A stretch of DNA of 39,054 bases. Origin: a virus. The first letter of the stretch is position 1. Each line of letters opens with the position of its first letter. The translations under genes and the position numbers were made by a program. A model generated the notes under the pieces. The model had not been told where the DNA came from and ran no database searches. It worked only from the letters and a program-made list of their open reading frames with translations. The stretch lies in IMG/VR virus record IMGVR_UViG_3300001263_000001; one strand, given 5' to 3'. Positions 25,810-32,448 of this stretch are shown here, piece by piece.

Positions 25810-26912
25810 AAATAACGACTGAAATGTATAATAATTATGCAGGTTTTCTTGGCGTAGAAGTTGCGGCTTTGAAGGCAGTTGTTGAAGTTGAAGCGTTGGG
25901 CGAGGGATTTGATCCTATCACTGGTGATTTAATTATTCGTTGGGAAGGGCACAAATTCAGAAAGTTCCTGTCTGGTGAAGAATTAAAGCGTGCTGAGAAA
26001 GAAGGATTGGCACATCGTTATTCTGATAGGCACAAATACCCACAGCCTAGAAGTATGCACAAAAGACATTTGCTTTTGAGACAGGCAATGAAGATTAATG
26101 AGACTGCGGCTCTCATGTCTATTTCTATGGGCATAGGGCAGGTCATGGGGTTTCATTATAAAACACTTGGCTTTTCTTCTGTGCAAGAAATGTTTTCCGT
26201 CAATTCTGAAGATATTGATGGTCAAATGCGGACAATGGTCGCTTACATTGATTCTTTTCGTCTTAAAGACGAGCTTGCAAATTTAGATTGGGCAGGCTTT
26301 GCAAGGGGCTATAATGGATCTAATTACAAAGTAAACCGATATGACGAAAAATTAGAAAATGCATATAGAAAGCATTTAGGGGAAGGCACAGTAAACCGTG
26401 GCATCGTGATTAAAATGGGTGCCAGTGGAAATGAGGTGCGATGCCTACAAAGAAAATTAAAAGAACTCGGTTATCCTGTTAATGTAGATGGCGATTTTGG
26501 CACAAAAACAAAAAACGTTGTAAAGCTATTTCAAGCGGATCACAGATTAAAAGCTGACGGTATAGTTGGCGATAAAACCTATGACTTGCTGAAAAACACC
26601 ATTCCTGACCCTATTTGTGAGACAGAAGAACTGGAAAAGCTTAAAAAAACATCATGCACCACCAAAATGGCAGATAAAATGCGCAAAGTTGGTGCTGGTG
26701 TATTGGGCACAGGAGCCGTCCTAGAGGGCGCATCTTTGGCGGATGATATATCTGCTGTAAATTCTATTATGTCCAGTGTCCGATCGTTTTTAACGCTATC
26801 AGGAAGTAGCACAATATTACTTATTCTTGGATTAGGTGTTTTGTTGTACTTTTTGGGTAATAAATTTGTATCAAGCGATTTAAAAGAAAAGATCTTTGGG
26901 CGTAAATTATGA
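25806..26912 (+). CDS. endolysin: N-acetylmuramidase (DUF3380-type) + PG_binding_1 + C-terminal TM segment
   Basis: YAGFLGVEVAALKAVVEVEALGEGFD...IRWEGHKFRK and YNGSNYKVNRYDEKL match the DUF3380 muramidase pattern. GASGNEVRCLQRKLKELGYPVNVDGDFGTKTKNVVKLFQ is a PG-binding repeat. STILLILGLGVLLYFLG is a TM near the C-terminus. Confidence 0.9.
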   Translation: MKITTEMYNNYAGFLGVEVAALKAVVEVEALGEGFDPITGDLIIRWEGHKFRKFLSGEELKRAEKEGLAHRYSDRHKYPQPRSMHKRHLLLRQAMKINETAALMSISMGIGQVMGFHYKTLGFSSVQEMFSVNSEDIDGQMRTMVAYIDSFRLKDELANLDWAGFARGYNGSNYKVNRYDEKLENAYRKHLGEGTVNRGIVIKMGASGNEVRCLQRKLKELGYPVNVDGDFGTKTKNVVKLFQADHRLKADGIVGDKTYDLLKNTIPDPICETEELEKLKKTSCTTKMADKMRKVGAGVLGTGAVLEGASLADDISAVNSIMSSVRSFLTLSGSSTILLILGLGVLLYFLGNKFVSSDLKEKIFGRKL

Positions 26913-27157
26913 ATATTTTTTTTGGCGCATATCAAAAGATTATAGAAATAGCGTTGTTAATTGGCGGTCTTATTGGTCTGTATATATGGATCAGGAAAGA
27001 CGCTTACGACGAAGGACAGGAAGCTTTAGAAAGGCAGGCATATGAAGATTATTTTCAACAATCAGACAAAATCAGGAAATTTAAGGAAAGTGTTAGGACT
27101 TTGTCTGATGATGATGTTGATCGGATGTTCAGGGAAAAAAATTGGAATTTCAAATAA
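26909..27157 (+). CDS. i-spanin (Rz-like)
   Basis: N-terminal TM IIEIALLIGGLIGLYIWI plus a charged periplasmic part. ATGA overlap with the endolysin. Confidence 0.65.
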   Translation: MNIFFGAYQKIIEIALLIGGLIGLYIWIRKDAYDEGQEALERQAYEDYFQQSDKIRKFKESVRTLSDDDVDRMFREKNWNFK

Positions 27158-27503
27158 AGAAGCATCATGCTTATTGCTGCATGATATGAGCTATCCGCAT
27201 CACGCTGTTAGTTTTGATGATAATAATGTTTTAAAATACATTGATTTAGAAGATGTGATTATTACAGATCAACGTGTTTGGAAAAAGGCTCAGGAGTACA
27301 AAAGAACTTTAGTTGATGTTGAGACAGATTATATATGGAAAAAAACTCCGAGTGCTGAGGCTGAAAAAAAAGCTATTGAACTCAGGCAAGAGAAAATTGA
27401 AATATTGCTAGATCAATTTAAAAAGTGGCAACGCATCATTCCGCTCCACAGGCGGCAAATATTAACGGCTAATTTGGTTTATGAGGAAATTTGTAAGGAC
27501 TAA
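27042..27503 (+). CDS. o-spanin (Rz1-like lipoprotein), overlapped architecture
   Basis: Signal peptide with the lipobox LMMMLIGC|SG. Starts inside the i-spanin gene in another frame. RBS AAGGCAGGCAT. Confidence 0.7.
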   Translation: MKIIFNNQTKSGNLRKVLGLCLMMMLIGCSGKKIGISNKEASCLLLHDMSYPHHAVSFDDNNVLKYIDLEDVIITDQRVWKKAQEYKRTLVDVETDYIWKKTPSAEAEKKAIELRQEKIEILLDQFKKWQRIIPLHRRQILTANLVYEEICKD

Positions 27504-27762
27504 ATCAAAAAATACCCCCTTCAATCCATGCCCGCGTGGAACGCAAGCCTTTGGTGCAGATTGAAAGAGGCGTTGTGCTAAATCGTTTAATCAAGAACAT
27601 TTACATGTAATTTGCAGCTTTTTAGTGCAACAAATAAAGACTTGAGCTAGCAATTACTTGGACTTGCAAGGTTCAGACACGGTTATCCATGCCCCAAGAT
27701 GATAAAAGATTACCACAAAATATAGAAATATAAAATAAAAAAGCCGCCCCATAAAGATGAAC

Positions 27763-27817
27763 TAGAAATTCGCACTTTCTATTTTATCTTTATAAAATAG
27801 AAATTGGTACTTTCTAT
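27763..27817. repeat. two copies of a 19-bp inverted-repeat element
   Basis: TAGAAA-ttcgcac-TTTCTA (27763-27781) and (A)TAGAAA-ttggtac-TTTCTA(T) (27797-27817). Consensus TAGAAATT(C/G)G(C/T)ACTTTCTATTT. Confidence 0.7.
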
Positions 27818-27902
27818 TTATAGGAACAGCTTTTTTTATAAATAAAAACAGGTATATGAATATATCATTAGTGATATAGTACATCTTAACACAAAATATT
27901 AA

Positions 27903-28709
27903 TTAGTCAACTTTGTTTATAATTTCTATTAATTTGTCTGCAAATTTTTCATAAGCAGCATCAGTATTATCGGCTTCAGAAGATCGGGAAGCTTCTGCAG
28001 CAGCTTTAACGGAAAGGCAAGCATAATCAGCAGGAGTAGGGCATGAAACAGAAAAGGGATAACTGGCTTGAGCTTCAGCAGCTTCAGCAGCACTTGCAGC
28101 AGAACAGCAAATAAAAGAAATGCTACGACAGGCATGAAAATCAGCATCAGAAGGAATCCAAGTGTCAGCTTGATAAGCAGCGGCACTGCCAGCACTACGA
28201 GCAAAACAAAAAGCCTTATTAGCTGTTAAAGCAGCAAAACTATCTTTTTCATAGCCCGCCTCCCTTAAAATCTCTAAAGCACCTTGTGACCATGATAACG
28301 CCTTTATAGCATCATAACATATTTTCCCTCCGTATATGATTTTTGGTTGCAAATAATCCGAAAGCAGCCATTTTAAAAAATCCCAAATGACATTTGAGTA
28401 ATTCCTTCCGTTTCTAAGTCCATTTGCAATTTCAAATGAAGACATAAATTTTAACGGAAATTCTTTTGCCTTATCATTTGGCAGGTTTTTAAAAATAAGA
28501 TCTCCAAGTCCTGCAAGTGCAATTGGTATTCCAAGCCTTGTTTCATATTCAATATTATCTTTAAAGTTTAGAAGGTGTCCGATTGCCCAGACCTTGCCAT
28601 TTTCCCAATCCTGTCCCTGACCTTTTACAAAATTATTAGCGTCATAATGCGCTTGTAATTCTGCAAGAACTTGATCTTTTAATTTTCGTTCGCCGTGATA
28701 TGCTTTCAT
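27903..28709 (-). CDS. hypothetical protein with a C-terminal Ala-rich helical repeat region
   Basis: 268 aa. The N-half (HGERKLKDQVLAELQAHYDANNFVKGQGQDWENGKVWAIGH...) resembles an uncharacterised bacterial family. The C-half contains SAGSAAAYQA, CCSAASAAEAAEAQAS and SVKAAAEASRSS. Its start lies 1 nt after the RHH stop. Confidence 0.7.
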   Translation of the reverse strand: MKAYHGERKLKDQVLAELQAHYDANNFVKGQGQDWENGKVWAIGHLLNFKDNIEYETRLGIPIALAGLGDLIFKNLPNDKAKEFPLKFMSSFEIANGLRNGRNYSNVIWDFLKWLLSDYLQPKIIYGGKICYDAIKALSWSQGALEILREAGYEKDSFAALTANKAFCFARSAGSAAAYQADTWIPSDADFHACRSISFICCSAASAAEAAEAQASYPFSVSCPTPADYACLSVKAAAEASRSSEADNTDAAYEKFADKLIEIINKVD

Positions 28710-28710
28710 T

Positions 28711-28860
28711 TTATTCCCCTATTTCTTCTTCATGTTTTTTTTCTTGTAATATTTTAAGTATTTCAGCGGAGCGAGAACGCTTGTTTTCTTTTCGCCTTGT
28801 GTCCAGCCAATCAATAAGATCAGGTTCTTTTTTCACATAAATATTAATACTACATGTCAT
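28711..28860 (-). CDS. ribbon-helix-helix (Arc/CopG-like) protein, 49 aa, not in the ORF track
   Basis: MTCSINIYVKKEPDLIDWLDTRRKENKRSRSAEILKILQEKKHEEEIGE has a strand-helix-helix pattern. ATGA overlap with the upstream gene. Alignable with the RHH at 38867..39004. Confidence 0.6.
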   Translation of the reverse strand: MTCSINIYVKKEPDLIDWLDTRRKENKRSRSAEILKILQEKKHEEEIGE

Positions 28861-29168
28861 TTTCTAAGCCTCTTTTTTGTATTTGAAAAATTTACGCCCC
28901 TAAGGTCTGCATTTGTGAAGTCTGTGTTGTAAATATTAGATCCTTCAAAGTTTGCATCTTTAAGATATGCGTCACTAAAGCACACACCTTCAAGGTCAAA
29001 TCCAGACATATCCGCCCCCCCCAAATCTGCCCCTGTGAAGTCTATTCCATCATCAATGGCATTTGATATGGCTCGCCCAAGCTTGACTGAGTATGGTGTA
29101 CTTTCGTCTCCTAATATTGTCGTTGTGTAAATAACGTTGTGATCTCTGTCTATAATTGAAAATTCCAT
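28857..29168 (-). CDS. pentapeptide-repeat protein
   Basis: ADLGG ADMSG FDLEG VCFSD AYLKD ANFEG SNIYN TDFTN ADLRG VNFSN. Start moved to Met13 (MEFSII) behind ACAGGAGCGATAAA. Confidence 0.85.
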   Translation of the reverse strand: MEFSIIDRDHNVIYTTTILGDESTPYSVKLGRAISNAIDDGIDFTGADLGGADMSGFDLEGVCFSDAYLKDANFEGSNIYNTDFTNADLRGVNFSNTKKRLRK

Positions 29169-29187
29169 TTTATCGCTCCTGTTGTGT

Positions 29188-30021
29188 TTATAAAATTTTA
29201 CCATGAGGTAATAAGTTCTTAAAATCTTCTAAATCAATAGCGTACAGTAAAGTGTTGATAATTTTTAATTCAAGATCTTTGCCTAGAACACCATGTCCAC
29301 TTTTTTCATTTTCATATGTGTAAAAATTATAATTAAGATTTGTGGGATTGTTTTTAAGATGATTATAGTACGGTAAAAAATGATTTTTATAATGAAATTC
29401 ATCATATATATTTTGCGTGACAACTAAATTGAAACTACCGTCCCAGTCATAGCAATTCATTCTTTCTTTGTATGTTTTGTAAATTAAATCTTTATCATCA
29501 CTAGAAAAAAGATCTTCACGCATTTTATTATAATGTTTTTGATAATATTTACTTGCATCAGTTTGTATATTTCCGCAGTAAACTGTTGAATTTTTTAAAT
29601 ATGTGCCCATTTTTATTGCAGGAATACCACCGCCACTTGTGCCATAAATTAACACGTCTGAAGTGTTCACATTTAATCCCAAAAATACTTCTTTAAAAAG
29701 TTCAGCAAGGATTTCCGCATAATGTTTTTCTTTGGTTCCAACAAACCAAGCCAAACGCAAGTCTTCAGAAAGAAATAATGAAGGATCAAATAATGAAATA
29801 ACATTGGCTTCGATGCCATCTGAAAAATTTGATCTTTGGAAAGATGGAATTGTTTTCTTTGTATCTCTTGAGTGCGCTCCAGGGGTGAATATAACCCATT
29901 TTTCATCCCCTTTGTAATCCAAGTACATGGGGAATAAAACTCCTTTGTAAGAAAGAAAAAAGCTACTTTTCCCCACTTTCAAAGCATCTTTAAAATTAAA
30001 AAATATTGAATCGCTTATCAT
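29188..30021 (-). CDS. alpha/beta-hydrolase fold protein (esterase/acyltransferase-like)
   Basis: Nucleophile elbow LIYGTSGGGIPA (GxSxG) and a late His in EKSGHGVL. No signal peptide. RBS ACGGAGATTTTAT. Confidence 0.7.
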   Translation of the reverse strand: MISDSIFFNFKDALKVGKSSFFLSYKGVLFPMYLDYKGDEKWVIFTPGAHSRDTKKTIPSFQRSNFSDGIEANVISLFDPSLFLSEDLRLAWFVGTKEKHYAEILAELFKEVFLGLNVNTSDVLIYGTSGGGIPAIKMGTYLKNSTVYCGNIQTDASKYYQKHYNKMREDLFSSDDKDLIYKTYKERMNCYDWDGSFNLVVTQNIYDEFHYKNHFLPYYNHLKNNPTNLNYNFYTYENEKSGHGVLGKDLELKIINTLLYAIDLEDFKNLLPHGKIL

Positions 30022-30059
30022 ATAAAATCTCCGTTATGTTTTTCGTAAATTGACCTTAC

Positions 30060-30085
30060 AACATAAAAAAACATATGTAAACATA
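30060..30085. promoter_or_regulatory. three AACATA boxes phased at exactly 10 bp (plus an inverted copy at 30035-30040)
   Basis: AACATA at 30060, 30070 and 30080. TATGTT at 30035. They lie in the divergent intergenic region. Confidence 0.35.
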
Positions 30086-30177
30086 AATTATTTATTTCTG
30101 TTTACTTTTTATTAACCATCATTTGGTATCTTTGTTTTATCGGCACACGACACGCCGACAACACAAAAGGAAACAAT

Positions 30178-30342
30178 ATGAAAACACTTATATGGTTAAT
30201 ACCTATCTTGCTTTTTACCGCCTGTGCGCCACGCCCTATAGATGTGCAATATGCCATTGTAGATAATCCGTGCGCTAAGTTTAACAATATCGGAGATTAT
30301 GATCTCTGCATGTATGATTTTTACAAGGGAGCGTCATTATGA
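30178..30342 (+). CDS. small lipoprotein (54 aa), not in the ORF track
   Basis: MKTLIWLIPILLFTAC|APRP has a signal peptide plus a lipobox-like FTAC. RBS AAAGGAAACAAT. ATGA overlap with the next gene. Confidence 0.6.
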   Translation: MKTLIWLIPILLFTACAPRPIDVQYAIVDNPCAKFNNIGDYDLCMYDFYKGASL

Positions 30343-31004
30343 ATTTTCTTGATAAATTAAGCCTCGCAGCGATTGGAATTACAATATGCGCCGTTACGTA
30401 TGATGATGTAGTAAAAGACATGTCAGATACATTTAAAGAACTATTCGAAGCCAACGCATCGGAATTTGAAAATATTTCTTTAAGGGTAAAGCCAAAACAT
30501 AGTGTTCACATTTGTGAGCATGATGATATTCACCATGAGAATTGTGTTGATACACTTGAAATAGCGTTGGGTGTTTTAAAGGAAAAGCCTAAATTGCCTT
30601 TAGGATACATTCCAAGTCAAAAGCAAATAAATTGCCTCGCACAAAACATTTACCAAGAATCAGGAATTGAGCCATTTATTGGAAAGATTGCTGTTTCTTA
30701 TGGCACTATTGAGCGTGTGAAGGATAAGAGGTTTCCTGATAGCTTGTGTGGTGTCGTATGGCAAAAAAATCAAATGTCATGGACAAAGAGTAAGAAAAAA
30801 AGAAATAAACCTACGCCGCCTTTGTATCGCACCATTGCCAAAGATGTTCTTCAAGGCAAGTACGCCCCACCGTCAGAATGTCCTGCAACAAATTGGTACA
30901 ATCCAATTGATACGAGGGGCAGTTTTAATGAAATGCAATTTGTCAAAGGTAAGACAGTTTGCACTTACACAATTTCACGCCACACTTACATAGCCTACAA
31001 ATAA
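30339..31004 (+). CDS. SleB-like cell-wall hydrolase with an N-terminal signal/anchor
   Basis: NCLAQNIYQESGIEPFIGKIAVSYGTIERVKDKRFPDSLCGVVWQKNQMSW follows the Hydrolase_2 (SleB) pattern LA..IY.EARGEP..G..AV..V..NR......FP....GVV.Q..QFS. Confidence 0.7.
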   Translation: MNFLDKLSLAAIGITICAVTYDDVVKDMSDTFKELFEANASEFENISLRVKPKHSVHICEHDDIHHENCVDTLEIALGVLKEKPKLPLGYIPSQKQINCLAQNIYQESGIEPFIGKIAVSYGTIERVKDKRFPDSLCGVVWQKNQMSWTKSKKKRNKPTPPLYRTIAKDVLQGKYAPPSECPATNWYNPIDTRGSFNEMQFVKGKTVCTYTISRHTYIAYK

Positions 31005-31014
31005 GGAACACAAC

Positions 31015-31104
31015 ATGAAAAACATTATCTTTAAATCATTTATAGTATTAACATTCGCAGCCATTCCAGTAGCGCAACACTTAACCAATGTGGGGATTAT
31101 ATGA
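31015..31104 (+). CDS. 29-aa signal-peptide-like micro-protein
   Basis: MKNIIFKSFIVLTFAAIPVAQHLTNVGII. Strong RBS TAAGGAACACAAC. Its TGA overlaps the next ATG. Confidence 0.4.
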   Translation: MKNIIFKSFIVLTFAAIPVAQHLTNVGII

Positions 31105-31232
31105 AATACAATATGAAATGGGAAGTGATCCACTTTATAATTATACGGTGGGGGTATGTGTATCAAGCGCATAACTACCGTAAGTTAGAGGCTGCAAACT
31201 GCAACGGAGATCATATAAGGGTAGTCTTATGA
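31101..31232 (+). CDS. 43-aa hypothetical protein
   Basis: ATGA overlaps at both ends (31101-31104 and 31229-31232). Confidence 0.4.
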   Translation: MKYNMKWEVIHFIIIRWGYVYQAHNYRKLEAANCNGDHIRVVL

Positions 31233-31390
31233 GTGATAATAAAAAGGATTTTTTGGATTTTGTACGCACCAGAGAGACTGATTGTCCTGTTTGCTACCTC
31301 CCCTTAAAGACACACAGTGAAGAAGAGCTTGAAGCGTGCGGATTTATTCTACACACATTCAACTCTGCTAACGGTAAAGAAGACGCATAA
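31229..31390 (+). CDS. 53-aa hypothetical protein with a CxxC
   Basis: MSDNKKDFLDFVRTRETDCPVCYLPL... ATGA overlap upstream. A strong terminator follows immediately. Confidence 0.45.
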   Translation: MSDNKKDFLDFVRTRETDCPVCYLPLKTHSEEELEACGFILHTFNSANGKEDA

Positions 31391-31392
31391 AT

Positions 31393-31428
31393 AAAAAACC
31401 CTGTCAAAAAACTTTGACAGGGCATTTT
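31393..31428. terminator. bidirectional rho-independent terminator between convergent operons
   Basis: CCCTGTCAAA-aaac-TTTGACAGGG, a 10-bp stem with an A-run upstream and a T-run downstream. Confidence 0.8.
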
Positions 31429-31506
31429 CAATACAGGAAGTTAAAAATTATTTCAAAAAAACTATAAAAAAATAAGAGCTAATATATTATTAGTTTCTTT
31501 TCATAA

Positions 31507-32052
31507 TTAAGTCAATTCTTTTTCTTTCTCGGCTAGTTCCTTTATTCGTTCCAAGGCTTTTTCATTGCTTTCAAAAAACCAAGTCATGTGAACGGGGATA
31601 TCAGAAGAATTATTTACTATCTTTAGAGCCGCAACAGGTGTATCTAATGAATTCTCTAATTCTTCCCCCTCTTTTCCTGCTAACGCCACGATCCATCCAG
31701 CCCAGCAATGGGCTGTACCACATTTAGTATGCCAACTTAACATTTCAAGATTTTCTCCGTCTTGGACTGCTTCTAAGACCTTTTGATGAATATTCTCTAT
31801 TTTTATAGAGGGCACTTTTTTAGTAACTTTTCTGCAATCAATACAATCTCTGCAATCACTGCAATAACTGCAATAACTGCAATCACTGCAATCAATACAA
31901 TCACTGCAATTTCTGCAATCTCTGCAATATTCAAGGCTTTTTAAAGCTTTTTCAGCTTTTTCTTTTGATCCAAAGAAGTTTACATAGCAACGGTTATTGT
32001 TGCTATCAACAATACATTCACCGTCCTGATCGTCTTTCCATTCGTAATTCAT
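31507..32052 (-). CDS. Cys-every-third-residue repeat protein with a conserved C-terminal WHTxCGTAHCxAGW domain
   Basis: CRDCRNCSDCIDCSDCSYCSYCSDCRDCIDC has 11 Cys at residues 43-73, period 3. The C-terminus, LEMLSWHTKCGTAHCWAGWIVALAG, resembles an uncharacterised family that I recall being fused to pentapeptide repeats. RBS AGGAGG. Confidence 0.75.
   Translation of the reverse strand: MNYEWKDDQDGECIVDSNNNRCYVNFFGSKEKAEKALKSLEYCRDCRNCSDCIDCSDCSYCSYCSDCRDCIDCRKVTKKVPSIKIENIHQKVLEAVQDGENLEMLSWHTKCGTAHCWAGWIVALAGKEGEELENSLDTPVAALKIVNNSSDIPVHMTWFFESNEKALERIKELAEKEKELT
31834..31926 (-). repeat. 9-nt periodic DNA repeat (TGCAGnGAT-like) encoding the (Cys-x-x)11 tract
   Basis: On the + strand, ...ctgcaatcactgcaataactgcaataactgcaatcactgcaatcaatacaatcactgcaatttctgcaatctctgcaata. 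Confidence 0.85.
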
Positions 32053-32090
32053 GCGTTATCCTCCTGGTTAATTGGATTAATAAAAAATTC

Positions 32091-32174
32091 TCATGCATCA
32101 CCTTTGTCTGTAGGTGCTGTGTTATCACACGACACTAACAACAGAGTAGTGAGTATTAGTAAATATTTCTTCAT
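32091..32174 (-). CDS. 27-aa lipoprotein, not in the ORF track
   Basis: MKKYLLILTTLLLVSC|DNTAPTDKGDA has the canonical lipobox LVSC. Same 18-nt leader AAAGGATAAATAATATGA as the gene at 32435. Confidence 0.5.
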   Translation of the reverse strand: MKKYLLILTTLLLVSCDNTAPTDKGDA

Positions 32175-32195
32175 ATTATTTATCCTTTATTTAGT

Positions 32196-32435
32196 TTATC
32201 TTATACTACTAGATATAAAAATTAATAGAAATAAGATAAAACCAACTTTATGGAACTCTACATCGTTACTTAAACTTTTAAGAGAAGCATCGTTATCTAT
32301 AACATACTGAACACTATCAGTTTTATGCGACCACGACTCTTTTAGACGCTTTTCAGCAAGAGTTTTTAGTGTTTTGCATTGGATATGTAGGTATAATCCG
32401 TATAAACACATAAATACAAACCCTAGTATTATCAT
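32196..32435 (-). CDS. membrane protein (TM at both ends)
   Basis: IILGFVFMCLYGLYL and VGFILFLLIFISSSI. Leader AAAGGATAAATAAT. Confidence 0.6.
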   Translation of the reverse strand: MIILGFVFMCLYGLYLHIQCKTLKTLAEKRLKESWSHKTDSVQYVIDNDASLKSLSNDVEFHKVGFILFLLIFISSSIR

Positions 32436-32448
32436 ATTATTTATCCTT

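Noticed and set aside
27504-27902. A tRNA or tmRNA gene in the long intergenic region (GGTTCAGAC looked T-arm-like).
   Set aside because: I could not fold a cloverleaf. The stems flanking GTTCAGA are not complementary, and there is no acceptor stem or anticodon arm. The region is retained only as an unexplained structured or repeat-flanked region.
30102-30287. ORF-track gene 30102..30287 on the minus strand.
   Set aside because: The opposite strand encodes a better-supported lipoprotein (30178..30342) with an RBS, a signal peptide plus Cys, and an ATGA coupling to the next gene.
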